Assembly: GCA_965649825.1 (NCBI GenBank)
Contig: OZ287696.1
Location: 1,894,081-1,958,080, forward strand
DNA length: 64,000 nucleotides
Reading direction: 5' to 3'
DNA from: Penicillus capitatus
Taxonomy: Eukaryota > Plantae > Chlorophyta
Both the position numbers and the translations under genes were made by a program. The notes beneath the pieces were generated by a model, which saw nothing but the letters and a program-made list of their open reading frames with translations, made no database searches and had not been told where the DNA came from. Positions 36,565-50,125 of this stretch are shown here, piece after piece. Position 1 is the stretch's first letter, and the number at the start of each line of letters is the position of its first letter.

Positions 36565-37002
36565 ATGTTTCGCGGCACACGGCTGAAGGGCAACGCGACC
36601 TTGCACGGTGTGCGCGATGCTCTCTTCAGGACCTCGCTCTTGCCCGACGCCTCGTATCCTATGCGCGATGTGACGTCTGCAATGGCCGGAGGGACGACGT
36701 CGGAAATCACCGCTCCTATGCACCTATACCATGCCGAAACTCCGTTTCTCAACCTGGAGCGGTGGCTGCCGTGTTCGAAGTCGCATCTCCACTGGTCGTT
36801 TCAAGATCCCGTTGACGTGTCACTTCAACACGATCCCTTTGAACCGTGGATGTCCACAGAGGTGCTGCCACTGAGCAAAGACGTCATCGACATGTTCTGC
36901 GGACAACGAGTGCGGAGCACCAAGATGCGACGCAAGAGAATGATGAAGCGTCACAAACATCGAAAGCGACTGAAGAAGAATAGAAACAAGACGAAACGTT
37001 GA
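36565..37002 (+). CDS. Mitochondrial small-subunit ribosomal protein mS38 (COX24/AURKAIP1/DUF1713-like)
   Basis: C-terminal VRSTKMRRKRMMKRHKHRKRLKKNR matches the DUF1713 pattern (SV.R.R..KM.KHK.RK..K). Single exon with a presequence-like N-terminus. Confidence 0.75.
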   Translation: MFRGTRLKGNATLHGVRDALFRTSLLPDASYPMRDVTSAMAGGTTSEITAPMHLYHAETPFLNLERWLPCSKSHLHWSFQDPVDVSLQHDPFEPWMSTEVLPLSKDVIDMFCGQRVRSTKMRRKRMMKRHKHRKRLKKNRNKTKR

Positions 37003-37246
37003 CCAGTCGCCAGTGACCCCAATGCCATTGATCGGAAGATGGGGTTTGCGGGGGCCGCGTGTTCAACGGGATGTCGAATCATTGGCTTCAGCAGACGGTT
37101 GCGTTTATGTCGTGGTTTCAAAGGAGCTCTGGCTCTGGCTATTCGTCGGTTATTCATTGCGGACGGACGCGCATTTGTTCGGCCACGTGCGCATCGAATT
37201 TCATTCTTTTGCCGGCTAAGCGACGGACTGTTCTACACTGGGACGC

Positions 37247-39900
37247 ATGGCCACAGCGGGTATCAGTGTCGGCGACAGCCGTAGTCCGCGGGCTTCACCA
37301 CGAGGCTATATGGAGAGCACCGTCCAAGAGTCGAACAAACACTTGGCTAAACGTGAAAAAATGCGTCGCTTGCAGTCGGCGCGTGGCCCGTCCCACAGTA
37401 AGAGTTGGCAAAAAGCGAACGAGGTCTTCGACGTTATGTCTCCAGAGCTCGAGGTAAAACAAATGTTGAGTCGAAGAGCGACCGCTTCTCCTCGGCGACC
37501 GACGACGAGCAACAGTAAGAGCGGTGTGATTGGGCTATCCTCTCCGTGGCGAACTGACGAGGTGGATTGTCTGTTAGATGTATATTCTGCTGTACATACT
37601 TCTGCACCACCCGAAAGGGAACGTTTTCGACCAGAAGGGCTTACCGTTAGAGACAGAGCGGCTTCGAAATTAAAACAGCGGCAAGATCTGAAGCATGCAT
37701 TAGGCGTGAGCCGAGAAACATCGCCAAAAAGCCACCGACCGAGTTCAAGAAACAGCTCCAGAACGACATCGACGACGGCATCATCTGTCGTACCGGACTA
37801 CAGTGCACTGAGTGTGTCTCCCCCATTTCCCGTGACGCATCTATCGTTCTCTCTGTTTCTGGATAGGATCGTTGCCATCTGTGATGCAGCAAGGCAGCAA
37901 GGTCCGTCCGAACGTTGATTTCGCCTACGATTCTGTGTCGAATTCCGTCGGGCAGCACAATAAGCTCAATAAGGGTGCATCAGGAGATAGCATAGCTCAG
38001 AATAATACTGCATCAATGGACGACGCGTCCACCGAAACTCTTTCTTTCAAGATTCGAGGACAAATCTCGGCAGGCGTCGCGACAGATTCGAGGAGAGAAC
38101 ATAAAACACTGAGCACGAAATCGCCTGTTCCTCCCTCGCAATTCATGGTGGATATGGATCGAGCAGAAGCGTCCTCGACGGACTCACCAACATGTTTCCC
38201 GATGCAACGCACACCGTCTGTGAAATCGACGAACTCTTCTTCTGGGACCATTACGTTTTGGTCGAAGATGCAGTCGCATTCGGGGCGTGGTTCGCAAAGA
38301 GGAGCGAATCCTTTGTCGTGTGGAATGACGTCCTCCGGAGATCAGAGTGACCTCGTCGATTATGCCGTCACACATTTCGACGGACTTGAGCACTGTTCAT
38401 CGTCTGTGCTTTCTCTGGATGGTTCGGAGAAATACGATCACCCTGTTTACACTAGCGGTCGGTATTTTGGCCTTAGCTTCGGTAGAAAGTGCGTTCCCGA
38501 CATCCATCCATCCATCCATCCATCGATTCGAGTGATCTGTTTCTAGGAAATCAAAGAACTACGATTCCGCGAGCATTAGGAGTGGCGACGAGCCAGATAG
38601 CGCGACTTCAACGAGGAAACGAAGAACGAAGAAATTGACGAAGGTGATGCGACGAATTGGAAAAGCTCTGAACAAACGGTTGCTTCAACAACCCGAAGAA
38701 GCCAAGCCTCCAAATCTCAAAAACATCATCCGTGCCGTCGTTTCCGCTTCATCGGTTTCCCCTGACCGTGTTTTCGTCACAGAGAACCGTCTCAACAGCA
38801 TGAAGTCTGTGTCATCTGATAACACTTCTGAGACGTGTAGCAGCATCGACATGGATGAAATGAAGACTGAAAATCCCCAACTGTATACAACCATTCTCGA
38901 AACGGTATGGCGGATGTCTTATCGTGTGTGGGAGTGAGGGGGGATGCATATAGGTGGCAAGTTGGTGTGATGGACCGACGGAAGAGCCGGAAGACAAAAC
39001 GGAAGCATTGAGTTCCCGGACGCTATCCAGCATCAGCTTCGGCGACAAGAGCCCAAGAGCTTCGCAAGATCTGACGAATTTTGAAATGGATGCTGCGTTG
39101 AAAGCGGAAGAGGCATTTCTGACTGATGTCGTCGAAGGCAGAATCAAAGTGCCGTCGTCCGATTCGAGCAGCATCGCCGGGAGCGTTTCGGGAGAGAAGG
39201 GCACAAGTGCCGAAGGTTCTGTTGTGCTCTCCGAGCCCGAAGAGGTCAGACGGATCGTCGACGATGAGGAGGTGGTGGCGATCAGCCCGAACGACGAAGC
39301 AACCGAAGCAACAAACGGCACCAGCACCACACCGGAAGAATCCTCTTCCTCGAGCCAAAAGAGACCGATGTCTCCTCTGCCTCCTGCCATCTTTTACCTG
39401 ACAGACTCGGAATCGGGTGACGATGAGCTCGAGGAACGGAAAGATCCAACGAATGATTTTCTTCATCTCACGAGCTCGGAATTGGAGAGCATGGACATAA
39501 CCAGCATGCAAGAGGTTCTCAAAATGCAAGGCATTTGGCATTTTAATTGGGACAGATGTGCCGAAGTGCGCCCTCCTTTTACCGATCGGCCAATACTTAG
39601 CGTTGCATGCGTTTAGATAAAGCTTCTTTCAGAGGAATGGAAGAAGAGTGCCTGTTTACAGAAGTATACAGATGGAGGGTATGGAATGGAGATCGCGGTC
39701 GACGATGGAATTGTGAAATGCTATCGCTCGCCCTTGCCAGACGACCAGCAGGAACCCATGGAGCGCGTTTACTTGGATGCCGCACCACCTCCGGACACCT
39801 CATCCACTCTGAACGTGAAGGGCACTCTGACATCCATGGGACTTCGAACAACGTAGCCACCCACCCTCCCGCCTACAATCTCCCCAAGGACTCCCCTACC
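37247..39900 (+). CDS. Large Ser/Arg/Glu-rich, mostly low-complexity hypothetical protein (multi-exon); 3' end uncertain
   Basis: Consecutive long + strand ORFs (37247-37918, 37872-38546, 38635-38937, 38954-39616) separated by intron-sized gaps. No family recognised. Confidence 0.5.
38501..38524 (+). repeat. (CATC)6 microsatellite, probably intronic
   Basis: catccatccatccatccatccatc read directly. Confidence 0.9.
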
Positions 39901-40672
39901 CTCCGTTGTGCTTCCTGTAGATGCCGCTTTCCTTCAGATGGCAGTCGGAGGGAAGAACTCGTATGGATTGAAAGGGATGGCCTGTGCATTCAGGTGACCA
40001 GTGAGCTCTCAAGTGGAGAACGCAATGTTTCAAGGTCCACCAGCTGTGCCCTTGTATGTACCTGTGCGATTGGGTTCTGTTTTCAGGGTGTATCTGAAGA
40101 GATCCATCATCGTTCCAGACTATTAGTTCACATCCGACGTTTCATTCACCTCTGCGCTGTGTTCTTCATCTAGGATGAAGAACGAGATCTCCAAAAGTGT
40201 CCACTGCATTTCTTTTCTTAATTCTTCGATTCCAGCATCCTCTCTGATTTGCTGTTCTCGTTTTTTGTGGAAACTAAGGTTGCTTGGTTTCCTGTTAGCT
40301 AGTTAGGAATTCCTCTAGACCTGTAGGTAAATGTACTTTCTCTTAATTCATGATTCACAGGTGAAATCGATGCCATGCACTGTGTGGGATAAACGTGGGC
40401 AAGTCAATGGGATTTGATAAAAACGGGTTGCGGACGAACGATGGGTAGGATAAACGTCATGAGGTGGTCGTGGACCATGTGTGTTAGCGACATGTTTTAC
40501 AAACAAAAATTTAATTTCCTCTGGTGGGTGGAATTGATGTCTTACACACAACACATGCACTTGTACAGGTACCTGTTATTGCGTTCTTACTCAATGTAAT
40601 TCGATTGTTTTATCTCAATAAAAAACAGCAGCACTTGTGCAATAATGCAGACATAAAGTGCGTGAACAATTT

Positions 40673-42726
40673 TTAAGAAAGATACCCTATGATTCTTTTG
40701 CGTTCCTCTGCGGCGCATTTGAAAGAACGACATATGACATCGCTTGGCTTGTCGCCAGTCTCTGACGTCAATGTTACGTCGGCACAGGCATCGACAAGCA
40801 ACTTGACGATGGCAGCATTTCCTTCCGATGCGGCGTAATGCAGCGGCGTCCATTCTTTCTCGTCCTCGATGTTCACATCCGCCCCATAGTAAATGAGATT
40901 CTGAGAAGATAGACAGACACGCTTAAGTACTGCGGTGTTTGAGAATGGATATCCTTACACTCGCGATCGGCTTGTGTCCAGCGATGACGGCGTGATGCAA
41001 AGCTGTCTGTCCATCTTCGTCTTGCAAATTTTCGGGAGCTTTGTTTCTCAACAGGACCTGCGGAACAGTTGGCGATCGTCTGTGGCCTGTGCGAGAGATC
41101 CTTACTCTCAAAATGGCGATGTGGCCATATTGCGAAGCAAACATCAGTGGCGTCATGCCTTTCTTGTCCCTCACTGAAATATTGGCCATGTATCCAATGA
41201 GCATCTACATCTAGTCCAACATCTCCCTGCCGTATAAGTTATATGGAAAATGACTTTGGCCGATTCTGTGGCATCGTATTTTGCAGCTAGGTGAAGGAAA
41301 TGCAGTCCATTTGTCGAGCCATCGGGTTTAACACCGAGTTCAAGCAAGGCTTCGACCATACTCCAATCGTCATTCTCGATCGCCACGCTCATTATCTGAA
41401 ATACGATGATGCCTAAGGTTCAGCCTTGCAGTTGCTCTTCTTCATTACCTCAGTGCGATGATCCAGTGAACTGTCTTCTTTCATCAGCTCCTACGAATCG
41501 CTTTCACTGTGGCAATGGAGGGTGCGAGCTCACTTACGTTCTGTATCCTCGTTGTCGGCGTCTCCTTTCGACATTTTTTCGTGGTCTAAATTCCGCCAGG
41601 TAGAGAATCTGTTAACAGTGAGGGAGTGGTATGGTTACCTTCTTGACGATCCCTTTGGTCGTTTTGACGATCCAGTCGCTGAAAAAAGACAGTCTGATGT
41701 AGACACCGGGATCTTTCTCGCCACATGTCTCTCCGCCAAAGGACGTGATGCCGATGATGGTATCTTTCTTTGGCGATCCCTCGTCCACGCGTCCTCTAGG
41801 TTGATCTAACTCAAGCAGTGGACCTCCAGAATCTCCTGAAATATCCTTGCACGTGTCAAAGGGACAGAGATAAGTGTTCAGCAGTGCAGTGCACCTGAGC
41901 AGGTGTCCTGTTCGGACGCGGCACAGAGATGGTGGCTTTTTGGATGGTAGTTAAGTCGTCTAGCGCAGTGGTCCTCCTCAAAGACCTGCAAAGTCGTTGC
42001 CTGCTTGAGCTGATCGCTGTATCTGGTGCTTTTCGCGAATTCGGCTCCCCAACCGAGGGCTGTAAACTGCTGTCCCGGGAGAAGCTCACAAAAACGACCC
42101 AGATCCAATTTGGGTGTCGGCAAATCAAATCCATCACGAAACTCCAGCAGAGCGATGTCATAACCCTGACTCACATCGCTATCATTATACTTGGGATGTA
42201 TGTGCGTGATAATCGGAACAAACGCCTAAACGGCAGAAAGCGATGACGGGTATGCCAAACATCTTGTGGGTACTTACTTTTCCCGGGTCGAACGCGCCGA
42301 TGTTTTGGACGCCGCAAAGCACTGGGGCGTTGTATGCGGCTCGAATATCGTTAGGGTCGACGCAATGGGCGGCGGTCAGGACCCACTTCGAGTGAATTAA
42401 GAATCCGCCACATGCGAATTTGAAGCCTCTGTTGTACAGAGCGCACATATAGGGATAGCGTCCCTTTGGTGCGTCATCACCACCGATGATTTTCTCTCTA
42501 TGATTCCGTTCTTTACATTCTTTCCGACCTGCCAAGAAATAACCGTTCCGCCTAGTATAGACGCAAGACAAGGCTCGCTGTGCTACGCACCTGACACCAT
42601 CGGCAGAAGTTGGGCCGAAAAGAATAACAGCAACAGCATAAGGGAACGCCATTCTCGAAGAGTGATGAATTCCATGCAACGAAGAGAATTCATGGCGGTA
42701 CGAGATGTAGCGCAAGAAATGTCCAT
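40673..42726 (-). CDS. Trypsin-family (S1A) serine protease with a signal peptide and C-terminal ankyrin repeats
   Basis: LMLLLLFFSAQLLPMVS|G signal, K-IIGG activation site, CGGFLIHSKWVLTAAHC (His), YDIALL (Asp), DTCS|GDSGGPL (Ser), IIGITSFG. Phase-0 introns of 53, 47 and 53 nt join it to ankyrin repeats (GMTPLMFAS, GQTALHHAV, WTPLHYAA). Confidence 0.9.
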
Positions 42727-42848
42727 CGGGTTTTAAAACAGCTGAAAGATGGACCCTTCGGTAGTATTCTGGTGAGACTAATGGTATGTCAGCGCCTCCT
42801 CATATTTGCACCCTTCCAACCGTCGACTCCATCTGTCGATTTCACTGT

Positions 42849-43958
42849 ATGTTCATCTCATTTCTGCACCGCTCGTGTGCTCGAGTCCGACCAGAATGGA
42901 AAGAGATTTTGCGGCCCTTAGCAGATGGGACAGCGCATAGAAGGCCCTCCGTTGCCGCCAGGGTGCGTTGCATCACGAACAGCACCTTCGAGACGATTCG
43001 AGTGAACCGACGCGAAACCGTTCAAGTTTTGACGCTCAATCGACCGGAAAAGCTAAACGCGCTCTCCTCACAGTGCAGCTCAGAACTATTGCACTGTTTG
43101 AAAACAGCAGACACGGATGACAGCATACATGTGACGATACTGACTGGCAGTGGAAAAGTGAAAAGAGTGACCTTGATCGATATTCCACGCATCTCTGTCA
43201 AATAGGTCTTCTGCGCTGGAGCAGATATCGAAGAGATGAGCCAGTGGACAGCCGAGCAAGTGACAAGAGAGCAGAAATTCTATGAATGGACAAACATACA
43301 AGTGTGTGGCGCTGTCCACGGAAGTCCGTCCGATGTGCTCTCGATCTCAGGCGTTGCGCAAACCGACAATTGCTGCTGTGAATGGCGCAGCGATTGGAGG
43401 CGGCTGTGAGCTTGCCATGCTATGCGATATCATCATCGCCTCGGAGAATGCCTATTTCGCTCAGCCTGAAGTGAACGTCGGTGTCATTCCTGGTATGGGC
43501 GGCACGCAGCGACTGATCCGGGCGGTTGGAAAATCCAAAGCCATGGAAATGATCCTCACAGGTTCGCAAGGGGCACACCACCTCGCTTCTCATTTTCATG
43601 TCTGAGGGATCAGGTGACGCCAAGGGCTTGACGGCAGCGGACGCACTGAGCTATGGACTGGTCAGTCGTGTCGTTCCAGAAGGAAAGGTTCTGGAAGAGG
43701 CCATGCAGATCGCTCAGCGCATTGCCAAACGATCACGTCCCATCATCATGAAAGCGAAGAAATGCGCCAACGATGCTTATGAAATGGGTAACCGTCACAT
43801 CCGACGGATACCCTCCCGCAGACGGACATTTCTTAGGACTGTCACCAGCATTGGCATCTGAGCTCAAAGCATTTTGGTCGTGTTTCGAGCACAGCGATTC
43901 GAAAGAGGGACTCAGAGCTTTCTTGGAAAAGAGAGAGCCAGACTTTAAACATCAATAG
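42849..43958 (+). CDS. ECHS1: Mitochondrial enoyl-CoA hydratase (crotonase)
   Basis: [18 protein letters not shown]|[86 protein letters not shown]. Confidence 0.92.
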
Positions 43959-44006
43959 GTCTGTCTTGTGAACGTGTCGCTGATGAAATGCCACACGTTT
44001 GGCGAT

Positions 44007-47000
44007 TCATTGAAGAATCATGTAGCCTCTGTGTCGGGCAACACTGGCAGCAGTTCTTTTGAAACGCATCATCAGTTCCTCTTCTAGATCGAGCCGTCCA
44101 GAGGCATCGTTGTAGATGTCATCCAGCATCAGGACGTCGATGTATCCATAGAAGTCTTTCTCTATATGCATCCGTATCTCAAACGCTCGCTTCGTTGGAT
44201 CCAGGGGCTTCACATCTGTCACACGGGCAGCTTCAAATGGCTAGAACGACACATCGATGGTATCTTCCCTCGAAAACGATCTCAAACGAAAGGCACCTGA
44301 ACGACGAAGAGCGAAGGGGTCAAGGGTTGGATGGCGTTTGAGAAAACGACAATCAGCAGAGCATCTGTCTCGTTGGTGACGATGCCTTCATCTGACGAGT
44401 AGATCATGTTACCTCCAAACCATTGGACACTCGTTTTTCTGAAAACAGAGACATGGGTTCGTTGAAGGGATTCGGATGTCCACGAATGGATGCAGACTTG
44501 ATTTCGAGCGGCACACAAATGCGCGTTTCTGGCACAAAGGCACCATATGCGTCTATCAGGCGATTCCCAAGAATGTCAATGCAGAAATCGGTCATACGAT
44601 ACTGCCCGTGCTCAGAAGATGAATTCTGATCGATGCTGAAATTGGCACGCAGAGAAAAGGTCCCGCACATAGCTTCCCCTGTGTCATTGAGCTCTTCGAT
44701 GACCCCATCCCCTGCGACAATCGCCACTCACGGAGTGCTCTATCTGATGAAAGAGGGATTTACCCACAACGGCCATCGCCTGTTGCAGTTCTGATGATCG
44801 CCTTCTGTTCAGACCGAGTATGGGACGATGAAAGTGGAGAACACCACTCAGACGGTAGCTCTCTGTAGATCCATTCGCGTGCTTCTGCAGCGTGATACCT
44901 GTGAGGACTGGCCGATCAGAGAAGTGCTGTTCCAGAGCTAAGCGACCACAGAAGACGTAGAGTTTAACGGGAAGATACGTGATCAGATGGTCGACATCGT
45001 TGGTCATGACCACCACAGTGGCTTCGTAAACACCGGGAGACAAATCTGTGATATCAAACAGGACTTCAATCTTCGCTGTCTGTTCTGTAAAAGCTAAATG
45101 AGAGAGACAGTGCGTGAAGAGAGATGCTTACGAGCTTTGAGACTGCTGCTGTCTATCGTGACCGTCATCCAAGAACTGTTTTCTTCCGTTGCGTTGGCAA
45201 CATCGACGTCGATGACGAGCATCTCGCGACCCCTGTTCGTGATTGACACCAAACTGGAGCCTGTACGAGATAGGGAGAATCGCCAAAGAAGACAGCACAC
45301 TGTGTATGTACCTTGCTCATAGCCAGGGGTCTTGTACAGCACCACAGGTTGAAACTCAAAGGCTTCAAAGGATGCCACGACATGATGGCCCTCCTCCTGG
45401 ACGAGGATCTGTACAGAAACCATGGATCGCTCGCTGTATACACAGGATGTCGATATCTACCGCCTTCTCTTCGTGGAGATCTGTTTGCAGAATTCTGTTT
45501 GGACTGCCCTAGACAGCACACCGACTGCATCTTTCTCCTATGCCATTGGAGGTTTCCACCTTCGTATCGACGATTTTGCCCGTCGCTGCGATGCGGATCA
45601 AATGACGTTCGATTTCCTTCGGCGTTGCTGTTGGGTTCAATTCCAAGTACTGTGCAATGACGCCCGAAACGTGCGGTGCTGCCTGGGATGTCCCTGTCAA
45701 GTACTGAAAACCAGATGGATCTGTCCCCGAGGCACTGATGATCGACACTCCCGGAGCAAAGAGATCTACGGTCTTGCCGTAATTGGATTTCTCCTGAAGG
45801 ACATCGTTCACGTCGACGTTACCCACGACGATGGCACTCTCGAGCATTGCTGGACTGAATTCGGCAACATCTACACGTATCATGTCTCCTCGACTGTTGC
45901 CATCGATTTCATATCGGACTTGCTGCGTAGTTTCCTGCCGAGACCACGACGGGAATACCGGTATTGACAACTTCTTGAACCATGTCATTCAAGGACTGCG
46001 AAGTGCCCAAAGCGATCAGAGACATCTGTGCCACAGCTGGACGCTTGGCATGGTCTAGTAGCCAATCGAGGCCTTTCAGCACATAGCGCAAACTACCTAA
46101 TCCCGAGCACGGCTGAACCTCGACTGATGCCAAGAACATCCATTGCATCTGTGAGCCATGTTTGGTGTGGTAACGCACCCATGATGATGTTGACATCTTT
46201 TGCAACACCATACTTCAATCCACCAACGATACCCGCCACGTGCGTCCCATGTCCCGCGCAAGAACGATCCTCTGCAAGCACCGTGCAGACATACGTGTGC
46301 ATTGGAGAAAGGCAGTCGATGTTGTGACCTTTCTGCAGAATGGATATCCCGATGGACGCCCGACTCTTTGAACGATCATTGCGTTGCTTAAACTCATCGT
46401 GTTCAATGTTAATCTCCTGTCATACAGGACACGCACGCACTGTCCCTCTGTTCTGACCATGGAGATGATCTCTTGCTTTGTCTAAGACGTAAACGTGGAC
46501 GCCCTTTCCTGTCGATCCGTAGCGATAGATGCGATCACGCTTGTTATCAGCATTGTCCAATCGGCCGAGATTGAGAGTCGCTTTGCGTTGGGTGTAGAGT
46601 GTTCCCACATCGACGTCCAGATTCTTCTCTATCACGATCACGGCTCCTCGAGGCAGCGAACGCAGCGACTGAACTCTTCGAACGATCTCGTTACGCTCGC
46701 TCTCGTTGAGGCATCCCTGTGCGTCAGATACGAGGTGGCTAAACGGCTGAGCGAACGCATACGGAAATGTGGGCGCCCGTACGCCAACTGTCGCCACAGA
46801 AAACGTGCGGAACCGTCTGTTTGACTGCTAGGCAAGAATCCTCGATGAGTCCATGTGGAATGTCCACGCGAGCAACGCCACGCACAAAGAGAATCCACCT
46901 GGAAAACGTCGACAAGCAGCGCGAGCTTTGACGGGCATTACCCACAATCTCTGTCCCGTATATCCTCGACGCTTTCGTATCTACAGTTCAAAGAAGCACG

Positions 47001-47105
47001 CGCATAGAACGTTTGAGCGCAGATGTCCAACCGGATGTCCAGTTCGCGAGAGGAGACATCTCGTAGAAGGAGCGTCAGAAGAAGGAAATCGAAAAAGCGT
47101 GACAT
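44007..47105 (-). CDS. Secreted subtilisin-like serine protease (S8, proteinase K-type) with a prodomain and a long C-terminal extension
   Basis: Signal MSRFFDFLLLTLLLRDVSS; TGKGVHVYVLD (Asp), GHGTHVAG (His), VVVSAGN (oxyanion Asn), VDLFAPG, GTSQAAPHVSG (Ser); further beta-rich exons run down to 44007. Confidence 0.88.
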
Positions 47106-47247
47106 ATCTGCGCAACAGGCAGAGAGCAGCAAACAATCCGTGCGCTTTGACAGTCGCGTCGCTGTTCGGTACACAATTCCTTGCGCTGCGCAAGGCGATA
47201 AGAATATCCCAATGAACAATGTTAAGAGCTTTGGCGGCGCTCTTTTC

Positions 47248-49252
<2,005 letters not shown>

Positions 49253-49308
49253 CTGTCTTAACGGCTAGAAACACGTTTGCCTTGAATTGAAGGTCATTCT
49301 CCGTCGCG

Positions 49309-50055
49309 ATGTACGGAACCTCGCTCTTTGCGTCGTTGCTGCGTCCACATGGACGACAGACGTGTGCCACGACGCCTTCATTGCGTCGCCGAGCGCATTC
49401 CTCTCCGAATGAAAGCGACGACGTTCATCGGCGCAAAGATATTCGCCTGCCCCAAGGCGTTTGGTGGCTCAAGCACGCAAACGTTCGAGAAGAAGCGGCA
49501 TACGGAGACACATTCGTGATTCATCGTTCCCAAGATGGGCCAAAGGAGCTCGTCCTCGCGCCACAGGAAGAGATGACACTGCAGGTGTGGCAGCCCGCGA
49601 CAGTGGAACGTCAAATCATCGTGCTGCGTTCGCCTTATCACATATTGCCGCCCGAGTTCGACGCCGATGCCGTCGTCGTGGATGTGGAAGTGATGGAGCA
49701 CACGGCGTTGACCTTTGCTGGAGAAGGACCCGTGTGTGAACCTGTTCGTCCCGCGCCTTCGAGTCGAAGACGCACACGGAAAGTGAAATTCACGTGCAAT
49801 CGATGCCAGACCACCACTGAGAAGTTCATCAATCCGCATGCGTGGAATCACGGTGTCGTCTTGTGTCGCTGCGATGGATGCGCCGTCGTGCACATCATTC
49901 GTGACGAAAAAGGCGTTTTCAGTTGTCTCAAAGGACCCGCCTTTCCGCAGAGACTCGATATCCGTATTCCAAAAGGACTGCCACAGAATCCATCGATGCC
50001 GGAGAGAAAACGTGAAGATGGTGATGGTGACGATACAGAATTCTGGTTGTTTTGA
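49309..50055 (+). CDS. DNL-type zinc finger protein (Hep1/Zim17-like Hsp70 escort), organellar
   Basis: KVKFTCNRCQTTTEKFINPHAWNHGVVLCRCDGCAVVHIIRD contains CxxC...CxxC and H.I.D of zf-DNL. Transit-peptide-like start. Confidence 0.8.
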   Translation: MYGTSLFASLLRPHGRQTCATTPSLRRRAHSSPNESDDVHRRKDIRLPQGVWWLKHANVREEAAYGDTFVIHRSQDGPKELVLAPQEEMTLQVWQPATVERQIIVLRSPYHILPPEFDADAVVVDVEVMEHTALTFAGEGPVCEPVRPAPSSRRRTRKVKFTCNRCQTTTEKFINPHAWNHGVVLCRCDGCAVVHIIRDEKGVFSCLKGPAFPQRLDIRIPKGLPQNPSMPERKREDGDGDDTEFWLF

Positions 50056-50125
50056 AGGGGAGGAAGGAACCGTAGTCATGAAGATGTTTGTACGTCATTC
50101 GATGCTGTTCGAGAACACGGCATGC

